Assembly (NCBI GenBank): GCA_964555945.1
Contig: CAZKUL010000001.1
Location: forward strand, 1-57,459
Direction: 5' to 3'
Length of the DNA: 57,459 bases
Origin: an uncultured Planctomycetales bacterium
GTDB taxonomy: Bacteria; Omnitrophota; Gorgyraeia; Zapsychrales; Fredricksoniimonadaceae
In this document: positions 31,785 through 40,394 of the stretch, piece by piece
Position numbering within the stretch: position 1 is the stretch's first letter
Layout of the letters: each line of letters opens with the position of its first letter
Program-made: the position numbers and the translations under genes
The notes under the pieces: generated by a model
The model's database searches: none
Seen by the model: the letters and a program-made list of their open reading frames with translations, nothing else
What the model was told of the DNA's origin: nothing

Positions 31785-33281
31785 TTACAGCTTGTGAAAC
31801 GGCAGGATGACCGTAAATGTAGAACCTTTATTCAATTCACTTTCAAAAACAATATCACCGCCATGGCTTCTGGCGACAACTCTAGCCATACTTAAACCCA
31901 GGCCACTGCCGCCGATATCTTCCTGATCCATTCGGCGAACACGGTAAAACTTCTCAAATATCCGCTCCTGATCAGCGGTCGCAATACCAATACCCGTATC
32001 TTTAATTGAGATAAAAATTTGTTCTCCCCGAACTTCAGCAAGAATTTTAATATCCCCCTGCTCCTTGGTGAATTTGACCGCATTATGAAGTATATTGAAA
32101 AAAATCCTTCGCAAATGTGTCGTATCCCCTTGCAACAAAACCGAATAATCAGGGATTACCAATTCAAGACTGATATTCTTTTGATCCGCCAACACTTTAG
32201 CATGCTGATAAATTTCCTTAAGAAATTTGATAATATCCACTTCTTCCATCTTAAAAATGTTGAGCTTATACTCAAACTTTGCCAGGAGAAGTAAGTCTTT
32301 AATAGTTTTTATAAGCCTATCAATTTCTCCAAGAGCGACATTCATGACTCGTTTGTCATCCTCATTTGAATTTTCACCAACCAAGCCTAACTCCAGCTCA
32401 CTTTTGATGATGGCCAAAGGTGTTTTTAATTCATGTGCAACATGAGAGCTAAATTCATTAACATGGGCAAATGATTTCTCCAAACGTTCAATCATACGAT
32501 TGAATGATCCAACCAACTCTTCCATCTCATGATCTAGTTTCTGCTGCGGAATCCTCATATGCAGATTCGTTTGAGAAATATTATTAGCTGCCAGGGTCAC
32601 GTCTGTCACCGGCTTAAGGATTCTTCGAGTAAAAAACGATCCCATAAAGAGCGTCATTAATAGAATAACCACAATACCGATAATAATAAAAATTAAAAGA
32701 TGGGAAAGGATTCGCTGTATAGACGTCAGCGGTGTGGCCAGTTGTAAAACAAAAGAATTACGGTCAGAAAATCTAAAAGGATAACTTATCCCATAAAATG
32801 CTGCTTTGTTTAATTTCAAATTAGTAAAAAGAATTGTATCGGAATGAGGTGGAAATTGAGAATTAAAATCCACTTCAATCTCATTTGTCAGGTTATCTGA
32901 TCGTAAACGAACCCTCCCTCTTGGACTCAAAATTCGAAAAAAATCATTTCCCAAGCCTAATGATTTACTATCTTTTGTCCATAATTGATCAATAATCCCC
33001 TTACCAGAGATGACTTCCTTGCCAGGAACGTTCTCGTCACTGGTAGATAAGAATTTATTCATCAACGAGGTGGCATACGTATAATTCTGGGGAGAAATTG
33101 ATGCATAGGCATCAAGAAACGCGTCAATTTGTCCAGCCTTGACTTTCAAATCTTGCTTTGCTTCTTCATATAGTGTCGCTCGAACTGTGTCAAATAAATA
33201 TATACTGAAACAGGTAAGGATCAGACATAAAATGCTCGAATATAAAACGCTCGTTTTAAAACGTATTGAACGGGTTTTCAT
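31785..33281 (-). CDS. sensor histidine kinase, heavy-metal (CusS/CzcS)-like
   Basis: 498 aa with 2 TMs, a periplasmic domain, HAMP, H-box SSHVAHELKTPL and HATPase boxes (NILHNAVKFT, DTGIGI, GSGLGLS). ATGA overlap with the regulator gene. Confidence 0.85.
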   Translation of the reverse strand: MKTRSIRFKTSVLYSSILCLILTCFSIYLFDTVRATLYEEAKQDLKVKAGQIDAFLDAYASISPQNYTYATSLMNKFLSTSDENVPGKEVISGKGIIDQLWTKDSKSLGLGNDFFRILSPRGRVRLRSDNLTNEIEVDFNSQFPPHSDTILFTNLKLNKAAFYGISYPFRFSDRNSFVLQLATPLTSIQRILSHLLIFIIIGIVVILLMTLFMGSFFTRRILKPVTDVTLAANNISQTNLHMRIPQQKLDHEMEELVGSFNRMIERLEKSFAHVNEFSSHVAHELKTPLAIIKSELELGLVGENSNEDDKRVMNVALGEIDRLIKTIKDLLLLAKFEYKLNIFKMEEVDIIKFLKEIYQHAKVLADQKNISLELVIPDYSVLLQGDTTHLRRIFFNILHNAVKFTKEQGDIKILAEVRGEQIFISIKDTGIGIATADQERIFEKFYRVRRMDQEDIGGSGLGLSMARVVARSHGGDIVFESELNKGSTFTVILPFHKL

Positions 33282-33949
33282 TCTTCCTTAAGGGTATAAC
33301 CAACCCCCCGCAAAGTATGGATCAACTGTTTTTTATGATCGTTATCAATTTTCTTTTTAAGATAATTGATATACACATTAATTACATTGGAAAAGGATTC
33401 GAAATCATCATTCCAAACGTGTTCAGAAATCATTGTCCGGGTTACTACCTGCCCGACATTGAGCATTAAATACTCCAAAAGAGAATATTCCGTTGGTGTG
33501 AGTTCAATCTCTTTGCCCGCACGAGACACTTTTCTCGTTCGTTGATCAAGTACTAAATCTACGACTTTAAGACTGGTTGATTTTTCAGTATTCTTACGTC
33601 TAAGTAAGGCACGTACACGGGCTAGAAATTCAGGAAAAGAAAATGGCTTAGTTAGATAATCATCAGCTCCTGCATCAAGGCCCGAAATCTTATCCTCTAC
33701 ATCATCACGAGCTGTAAGCATGAGAATGGGCGTATCGTTCTTTTTCTTTCTTAAATTTCGGCAAATTGAGATCCCATCTTTCCCAGGTATCATGATATCA
33801 AGGATGATCAGATCATAAGAGTTCGTTTCAGCCAAAAAGAGAGCATCATCGCCATTATCAGCAAGATCAACAGCGTAATGAACTTCTTTAAGACCTCTTT
33901 TGATAACGGCCGATAACTTCCTTTCGTCCTCAACAAGTAAAATCCTCAT
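33278..33949 (-). CDS. OmpR/PhoB-family response regulator, heavy-metal (CusR/CzcR)-like
   Basis: MRILLVEDERKLS..., LTARDDVEDKISGLDAGADDYLTKPFSFPEFLARVRALLRR, and a winged-helix C-terminus ..LRGVGYTLKEE. Confidence 0.9.
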   Translation of the reverse strand: MRILLVEDERKLSAVIKRGLKEVHYAVDLADNGDDALFLAETNSYDLIILDIMIPGKDGISICRNLRKKKNDTPILMLTARDDVEDKISGLDAGADDYLTKPFSFPEFLARVRALLRRKNTEKSTSLKVVDLVLDQRTRKVSRAGKEIELTPTEYSLLEYLMLNVGQVVTRTMISEHVWNDDFESFSNVINVYINYLKKKIDNDHKKQLIHTLRGVGYTLKEE

Positions 33950-33995
33950 AAACGCATTACTCCTTGTTACTCTATAACTTTGATTTACAATCTGG

Positions 33996-34024
33996 ATGAT
34001 ACATCAAAAAAATAAAGCAGTCAA
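33996..34024 (-). promoter_or_regulatory. sigma70-type promoter for the RR-HK operon
   Basis: Minus strand reads TTGACT (34024..34019), a 17-nt spacer, then TATCAT (34001..33996). AAGGAG Shine-Dalgarno before ATG 33949. Confidence 0.55.
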
Positions 34025-34143
34025 TTTCATAGGGCTTATTGTCTTAGTCGGGGTCGTTATTGTACTATTGCTCACACTTAATTTTGGTGTCTAAATTGTG
34101 GCTGTTCGCAATCGAAACAACCAATAAAATCCACAAGTATCCT

Positions 34144-34177
34144 AAAACAAAAAAACTCCATTTCTCGATGATGGAGT
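34144..34177 (-). terminator. intrinsic terminator following tRNA-like half B
   Basis: Minus strand reads ACTCCAT-CATCGAGAA-ATGGAGT followed by TTTTTTTGTTTT. Relative to copy A the stem carries a compensatory G:C to A:T change. Confidence 0.7.
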
Positions 34178-34222
34178 CTAATATCACTGTAATTTCAAAG
34201 GGTTAGAAAAAGGGCTGGGGGT

Positions 34223-34263
34223 CATTGTGAACGACGCGCTCTCCCAAACTGAGCTACCGACCC
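34223..34263 (-). repeat. tRNA-like 5' half, copy B
   Basis: Minus strand reads GGGTCGGTAGCTCAGTTTGGGAGAGCGCGTCGTTCACAATG: acceptor 5' strand, D arm AGCTCAGTTTGGGAGAGC, and an anticodon-loop-like TTCACAA. Nothing downstream can pair with GGGTCGG. Confidence 0.7.
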
Positions 34264-34520
34264 GAAATTTATTTCAATTTCTATTTCAAAAAATTAGACT
34301 CGACCTGCGTTATCATTATTTTTCTTAGAACATTTCCAGATTAATTTGGACGCTGTGACCTTTCTTTAACTTTTTCTAAAGAATTAGAACGCCCCCCGAT
34401 ATTCGAAATCGGTTTATACAATAAATCTCTTGGTTGTATATCGATTTTTTAGACAACTTCCCCCTAATTTAAATCCTTATAGTTGAGGGACTCCATAATT
34501 TCATTTAATAAAGAGATATT

Positions 34521-34548
34521 TTGAAAATCGGCGTATGGTGTATACAAT
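34521..34548 (+). promoter_or_regulatory. sigma70-type promoter for 34589..36322
   Basis: TTGAAA (34521-34526), a 16-nt spacer, then TACAAT (34543-34548). AGGAG Shine-Dalgarno 7 nt before the GTG at 34589. Confidence 0.45.
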
Positions 34549-34588
34549 AAGTGAGATTTCGGAAAAAAGAAGGTAGCAGGAGCCAACC

Positions 34589-36322
34589 GTGTTATTCATA
34601 GATTACTTCAAGAAAAGAGGCGCAAGTTTAGTTTTTTGTCTCACTTTTCTGGTCTACAGCCCGATGTTGTTTAATAATTATGTTGGGGATGATTACCATG
34701 TTCTGGCAGGGAACACATTCTACCGTTCATGGCATAATATCCCAAGCGTATTTGGGAAAGAAAGCATTACGAACACGCGGGAAAGGATTTTTAGCGACAA
34801 ATCCCAAACTAATTACGGCACCGGAAGGGATTCTTACCGGCCCATTTCGAATCTAACCTATTTCCTTGATGGGTACTTATTTCCTGGCGAGCCCTGTGGC
34901 TCTCATCTTATCAATATATTGATCCATAGTTTCAATGCAGTTCTGATTTATTGGATGGTCACCCAAATCTTCTCTTCTTGGTCCTTGGGTATTCTCGCTG
35001 GGCTTCTCTTTGCTTTACATCCAATCCAGTCAGAAGCTGTAGCGGTCATTAGCTTTCGATCGGATATAGTGACCGGCATGTTTGTTTTGTGCTCATTTTG
35101 TTTGTGGATTAAATTTAGAAAAAGTAATTATGAAAGGCACCGCTATTACTGGGGCTCCTTAGCATCATGTTTTCTGGCGCTGCTGAGTAAGGAATCCGCC
35201 TTTACCTTGCCATTCTTATTCTTACTTTTCGACCAAATCTTGGATCCACCCGCGCTTCAAAAACAAAGAGAAATTTATTATTTTGGTTTTATCCTGGTTT
35301 TTATTCTTTACGTTTATCTTTATTTTGTCCTGTTCCCCAACATCTATCATCCATTTCACTGGTTAGGGGACTCTCCCACTAATCACTGTCTTGTCATTGG
35401 GTACATATGGTATGGCTGCTTAATCAATGTATTATTGCCTTGGACAGTAAAAATGATACCAGCACAACATTCCCCCCCTGTCCCCCTGGCAGTGAGTCTA
35501 CTGTCTATGGAAGCAGGAATTGCATTTATAATGTTTGCAACCAGCACCTATTTCATGTGGCATAAACATAAAAAATGTCTTTTTTTCTTAGGCTGGTATA
35601 TTATTTTTTATCTTCCCGTTTCAAATATGTTTCCAATCGTTAACCCTATGGCGCACCGTTATATGTATTTGCCTTCAATAGGATTATTGATTATCATAGC
35701 CTTCTGCTTATATCATGCCTGCAATAGTGCGTTCCTTAAGAAGCATCTACCCTATTTATCACGCATGCTGCCTGCTGCCATCATTGTGATCTGCCTGACT
35801 AAATCCCTATTTTTAGTTGGTGACTGGAAAAATAATTTTGATCTCGGTATCGCCTGGGTCAGGGATTATCCTAAGGATCACCAGGGATATGCTGTGGTGG
35901 GCGGAGAATACTTTGCCAAGGGAGATTTTAAAAAAGCCGAAGAATATCTCGGAAAGAGCATTCAATTGGGTGGACTTATGCCCAAAGAACTCATCCTATT
36001 GGCAACATGCTATCTGAAGCTTGGAGAAGATAGTGCCGCTGAATCACTACTTGAAAAGGAAATTTTATACTACCCTGACTATTACCTTCCTTATTTATAT
36101 TTGGGCGAAATATATTACAGACACCAGCACTACGTCCAAGCACAGACAATGTTGAAGAGCGCTTTGACTTTAAATCCCAGACAAAGAATGAACTATACAG
36201 TTTTGATGGAAGATTATTTAAAATTAAACCAACTAAAATCTGCAACGGATTTAATCATGAAAGCCCATCTATACCTGAATAAAAGAGATGTATTGGAACT
36301 TAATCAACTTTTAAAAACTTAA
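34589..36322 (+). CDS. polytopic membrane protein with C-terminal TPR domain (TMTC/PMT_2-like GT-C glycosyltransferase)
   Basis: 577 aa with a GTG start. N-terminal motif NNYVGDDYHVL, about 11 TMs, the motif NPMAHRYMYLPSIG, and C-terminal TPR repeats. Confidence 0.65.
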   Translation: MLFIDYFKKRGASLVFCLTFLVYSPMLFNNYVGDDYHVLAGNTFYRSWHNIPSVFGKESITNTRERIFSDKSQTNYGTGRDSYRPISNLTYFLDGYLFPGEPCGSHLINILIHSFNAVLIYWMVTQIFSSWSLGILAGLLFALHPIQSEAVAVISFRSDIVTGMFVLCSFCLWIKFRKSNYERHRYYWGSLASCFLALLSKESAFTLPFLFLLFDQILDPPALQKQREIYYFGFILVFILYVYLYFVLFPNIYHPFHWLGDSPTNHCLVIGYIWYGCLINVLLPWTVKMIPAQHSPPVPLAVSLLSMEAGIAFIMFATSTYFMWHKHKKCLFFLGWYIIFYLPVSNMFPIVNPMAHRYMYLPSIGLLIIIAFCLYHACNSAFLKKHLPYLSRMLPAAIIVICLTKSLFLVGDWKNNFDLGIAWVRDYPKDHQGYAVVGGEYFAKGDFKKAEEYLGKSIQLGGLMPKELILLATCYLKLGEDSAAESLLEKEILYYPDYYLPYLYLGEIYYRHQHYVQAQTMLKSALTLNPRQRMNYTVLMEDYLKLNQLKSATDLIMKAHLYLNKRDVLELNQLLKT

Positions 36323-36373
36323 AGGTAAAGACTTTATTCATAAGCATAAGTCAACTTCTCAAGTTTCTAATGC

Positions 36374-38446
36374 CTAAGAAGTGATGGCTATCGTATCAAT
36401 ACCTAAAACGGTTGTAGGGGATGAGTTCTTGTTGCGTCCAACAACCCTAATCAATATCACATTGTCCCCCTTCTCAAAAAAAACACCCTTAAATACAATC
36501 TTTTTGACAAAAATGCCACGGCTAAAAAGATCAATCGGGGCACTCGTAAGACTAACACTGTTGAACCAAATCTCAACTGCACCAGCCACTGAATCGGTTG
36601 TAACATTAAGGACCATATTCCCTTTAAGGGATTTGGGAAATCTGAGCCTGAAGGCAATACCCGCCCCCTGAAAATAAGGTTTAAACAGTACCTGGTCATC
36701 GTTTTCCCAAAATGGACCATAACGGGCCATATCTTGCTCCCAAAAGATCTCTCCTTGGTGAGAATCTACATTACCCAGCGTTAAGTTTATCAACGAAGGC
36801 TTATCGCTAGGAATAAGGTCTCCCTTTTTCCACAAGGTGTTGTCCTTAAGGTCTTTATCTTTAACTGTCAAAAGCTTATAGATCCAGTGTGCGTCATTAA
36901 GGTAGTATTTTTTAAAATGGTATTTTTGCTTGTCAGGAAGTTTTGATAGGAAATCAGTAAAGGGTTCTCCGGTGGAACATAAAAATAAATCCTTATTTTT
37001 TAGGTAAGCTTGTTCAATTGATTGCTCAAATGCTTTTCTATCAGCGCCCCAATTGGGCAACCCAAAGGAATTGACCAACATAACATTTATGTCTGGCCTT
37101 CGATGATAGGCTTCCTGGTAGTATGCCTTTAGCTGAAAATAAAAGCGCGAATCACTGTCCCAGTATTGGGCATTTGACGGGAGCTTTCGAAGGATCAAGT
37201 TACAAAACTCGGCGATGTCATGATAGTTTCGCTTATTTGGATTGGCTAAATATTCGTTAGACCGAAAACAATTATAGCTGTACGCGTTGTTATAGCGCAG
37301 GCACCAGAAACTATTGGGATCGTTCCCCCACCGGCTTATATGTGCATAAAAATAAACGGTCCATCCGAGACTCAGCGCCGCGGCAAGAGCCAAAAGCCAA
37401 CGTATAATTGCGGATCGAATAACAATAGGGTGGTGAATGGTCTTATAGACCACAAATGAGGCCCAGAAAGCCAGAATAATAAAGGTCGAAAGATATTGGG
37501 CAAAAAGGGCCCAGGTGTTAAGGCCTATCTCGAAGACAATGATAGGGATAAAAGTAAAAATTAGGCCTAGAGTGCTTTCCGTCCACCTCCAGGATCTCAC
37601 AAAATAAAATACTCCGATGGCAGCCGGAAACAAATAAGGGGAAGGGAATTGCATGAATACTAGAAATAAGTATTCCCTAAACCCGCTCCACAGTGATCGT
37701 TTAAAAAATAATGTCTTAAATTGGCCCCCCATGGCCCCAGACAGTGGTTGGACGATGCTATGATAGAAATTGACTTCATAAATGAAGGTCAGAAGCCATG
37801 GCGTAAAACCGATAAAGAAATAGAGGGCAGATTTCCCCAGGATACGCCAGGGATTGTCTTTGCGCCTTCCCATTCTCCATAACAGGGCCGCCAGAGATCC
37901 TATCAATAAACATCCAAGCAAAGCGTGTTGGAAGACACCCAAACCAGATAAGAAAAAAAGGGCATACAAATATTTGAGATCACCGGTACGTTGCAATCGC
38001 CCATATAAATAGATGGCCGTTGCCATAAAAACAGCGTTGACCGCGTATTCTGCCAGGACGGTACTATGCCACCACATGGAATGCGAAACCATCAGAAAAA
38101 GTGAACTAACAAGCGCTGTCAGCCAGCATCGATGAATGGCATACAGAGCGACATAAAATATACCGATGGCAAGCGCCCCTGCCAATACACAAGACAAATT
38201 CCCACGGTAGGCCTGATCCCCAAGGGGTAAATGCTCTATCAACCAGCCCCACAAGACCGTAATATTATGATTATTGACCCAGGTCGAAATTCCGAGATGT
38301 CCAATACGATGGATAAATAAAGCTGAGTCTCCCATCCCGATGGATGGCAGGCAGAAGTACCCATAAAATAGGAACGGAATAGGAAAGAATAAAAAAATAA
38401 ACAACTTCTGGGAAAGACGGGGAGGAATCATAGCGGTGAATACCAA
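36374..38446 (-). CDS. polytopic membrane protein, DUF2723-like GT-C fold plus C-terminal soluble domain
   Basis: 690 aa. N-terminal ..GMGDSALFIHRIGHLGIS...LGDQAYRGNLSCVL pattern, about 11 TMs, and a roughly 300-aa C-terminal periplasmic domain. Confidence 0.5.
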   Translation of the reverse strand: MVFTAMIPPRLSQKLFIFLFFPIPFLFYGYFCLPSIGMGDSALFIHRIGHLGISTWVNNHNITVLWGWLIEHLPLGDQAYRGNLSCVLAGALAIGIFYVALYAIHRCWLTALVSSLFLMVSHSMWWHSTVLAEYAVNAVFMATAIYLYGRLQRTGDLKYLYALFFLSGLGVFQHALLGCLLIGSLAALLWRMGRRKDNPWRILGKSALYFFIGFTPWLLTFIYEVNFYHSIVQPLSGAMGGQFKTLFFKRSLWSGFREYLFLVFMQFPSPYLFPAAIGVFYFVRSWRWTESTLGLIFTFIPIIVFEIGLNTWALFAQYLSTFIILAFWASFVVYKTIHHPIVIRSAIIRWLLALAAALSLGWTVYFYAHISRWGNDPNSFWCLRYNNAYSYNCFRSNEYLANPNKRNYHDIAEFCNLILRKLPSNAQYWDSDSRFYFQLKAYYQEAYHRRPDINVMLVNSFGLPNWGADRKAFEQSIEQAYLKNKDLFLCSTGEPFTDFLSKLPDKQKYHFKKYYLNDAHWIYKLLTVKDKDLKDNTLWKKGDLIPSDKPSLINLTLGNVDSHQGEIFWEQDMARYGPFWENDDQVLFKPYFQGAGIAFRLRFPKSLKGNMVLNVTTDSVAGAVEIWFNSVSLTSAPIDLFSRGIFVKKIVFKGVFFEKGDNVILIRVVGRNKNSSPTTVLGIDTIAITS

Positions 38447-38472
38447 GACGTAATAATCATCCTTCGCATACT

Positions 38473-39618
38473 TTAAAAGGCCGATAAGGTCCTTGCTAAA
38501 GTTCCTATGACGGCTTCCTGCTGAATGTCAGTCAAACCAACCCACAAGGGAAGGCGAATCAATCTCTCAGAAACAGAGTCGGTAATTGCAAGATCTCCAT
38601 TCGCTCGACCGTATCGTTGTCCTGCCGGCGAAGAATGCAGCGGCACATAATGAAACACGGCTCCAATATTATCACGTCTTAACTCCTCAAGGACCATTTG
38701 ACGGTCGATACCCTCCGCAAGCAAAATATAATACATATGGGCGTCATGTTGACATTCTTTGGGAACGATTGGACGCCGTAACATCCCGGCGCTTTCCAAG
38801 AAACCAAGTGAATCGTGATACCTTTGCCAAATACCCAAACGTATTTTAGTAATAGCCTCTGCTTCTTGCATCTGCGCCCATAAAAATGCAGCTATGATCT
38901 CACCCGGCAAATAGGATGAACCAATATCAATCCAGGAATATTTGTCAGTCTGACCCTCAAAGAACTGGCTTCGATTGGTCCCTTTTTCACGAATAATATC
39001 GGCACGGTCAGCAAAAATCGTGTCATTAACTAACAGCGCACCGCCTTCCCCTGCCATGATATTCTTAGTTTCATGAAACGAAAACGTACCTAGTTGTCCG
39101 ATGGACCCCAGAGGCCGACCCTTATAAAAAGACATAATTGCGTGTGCGGCATCTTCAATGACCAATAACTGATGCCGCTGTGCGACGCCCATCATGACAT
39201 CCATCTCGCAAGCGACGCCGGCATAATGAACCGGTACAATCGCTTTAGTACGTGGCGTGATGGCCTCTTCAATCAATCTTTCGTCCATATTCAGCGTGTC
39301 AGGACGGATGTCCACAAATACCGGAACAGCGCCGCGCAAGACAAAGGCATTGGCCGTAGAGACAAAGGTATAGGATGGCATGATAACTTCATCTCCCTGC
39401 TTGATGTCAGCAAGGATGGCTGCCATTTCCAAAGCTGCCGTACAAGAATGTGTCAGCAATGCTTTTCGCACGCCGATTTTATTTTCTAACCAGATTTGAC
39501 ATTTCTTAGTGAAGACGCCATTACCGGAGAGATGGCCATTGGCATGGGCTTGTGCTATACAATCAAGTTCGCGGCCGGTCATGTAGGGTTTATTAAAGAG
39601 TATCCATCCATCATCCAT
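38473..39618 (-). CDS. wecE: dTDP-4-amino-4,6-dideoxygalactose transaminase (DegT/WecE family)
   Basis: Collinear with E. coli WecE as I recall it: FNKPYMTGRELDCI, GNGVFTKKCQIWLE, EVIMPSYTFVSTANAFVLRGA, VPVHYAGVACEMD, FSFHETKN, IREKGTNRSQFF, VFHYVPLHSSPAG, SERLIRLPLW. Confidence 0.85.
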   Translation of the reverse strand: MDDGWILFNKPYMTGRELDCIAQAHANGHLSGNGVFTKKCQIWLENKIGVRKALLTHSCTAALEMAAILADIKQGDEVIMPSYTFVSTANAFVLRGAVPVFVDIRPDTLNMDERLIEEAITPRTKAIVPVHYAGVACEMDVMMGVAQRHQLLVIEDAAHAIMSFYKGRPLGSIGQLGTFSFHETKNIMAGEGGALLVNDTIFADRADIIREKGTNRSQFFEGQTDKYSWIDIGSSYLPGEIIAAFLWAQMQEAEAITKIRLGIWQRYHDSLGFLESAGMLRRPIVPKECQHDAHMYYILLAEGIDRQMVLEELRRDNIGAVFHYVPLHSSPAGQRYGRANGDLAITDSVSERLIRLPLWVGLTDIQQEAVIGTLARTLSAF

Positions 39619-40394
39619 TACATATTAGCCTTTTTAATAGCAATTGATTTATACGCAACCACAAATCTGGAGCCTCCGGCAGGCAATGAAACACCGCAAC
39701 GAATTAAAACCAATTCAACACGTAAAAACCATTCAAAAATTTTATTAAGTACAGGATTGATAGAAAGCTCAGCCTTTGCGTCAAATTTCAAGTCTTTCTT
39801 ATTGTTTTGCCATATTCTCGATAAGCACATGATAGGCAACAGCGTGCTGACAAAAGAAGTGCTCCGAATAATTTCGAAACCTGCCCTGCCAATCTTTTGA
39901 TGCAATTCCCTAGCGCTGTATCTTCTGACATGGCAAGCTGTTTCATCAACCTTACTAAAGAGCCAGGGATGCTGTGGAACGCTAAGAAACGCAATACCCC
40001 CGGGTCTAAGGGCCTTATACATTTGTTTCAACACTAGCTCATCCTCTTCAATATGCTCTAATACATCAAAAGCGCCAATAACATCCCAGTCAGATTCGTA
40101 AGGAATAGCGCGGGCATCCATTTGCACAAATTCGGCGTCCGGTACACGCACTCTAGCATAGACCAACCCTTCTTCAAAATACTCGACTCCCAAAAGCCTC
40201 AGACCGGAAAATTCCTTCGAGATACCTGCAAGAACAAACCCTGTTCCACATCCGATTTCTAGGTAAGATTTTAGTTTCGCCGCATACTTATGAAGCGCCC
40301 AAATAATAAGTTTATTCCTAACACGAAACCAAAAGTGGCCCGCCTCTAATTCAGCCAATTCTTTGAAATAATGGGCTTTGAATCCGCTATTCAT
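39618..40394 (-). CDS. class I SAM-dependent methyltransferase
   Basis: LEIGCGTGF motif I and a DVLEHI motif. Start set at MNSGFKAHYF, which overlaps the upstream stop as TAATG. Confidence 0.75.
   Translation of the reverse strand: MNSGFKAHYFKELAELEAGHFWFRVRNKLIIWALHKYAAKLKSYLEIGCGTGFVLAGISKEFSGLRLLGVEYFEEGLVYARVRVPDAEFVQMDARAIPYESDWDVIGAFDVLEHIEEDELVLKQMYKALRPGGIAFLSVPQHPWLFSKVDETACHVRRYSARELHQKIGRAGFEIIRSTSFVSTLLPIMCLSRIWQNNKKDLKFDAKAELSINPVLNKIFEWFLRVELVLIRCGVSLPAGGSRFVVAYKSIAIKKANM

Noticed and set aside
34397-34413. A T-arm-like hairpin (minus strand CCGAT-TTCGAAT-ATCGG) as the missing 3' half of a split or permuted tRNA.
   Set aside because: The 7 nt after the hairpin (GGGGCGT) cannot pair with the GGGTCGG acceptor strand of the nearby 5' half. 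The hairpin also lies upstream of the half, with no matching anticodon-stem strand.
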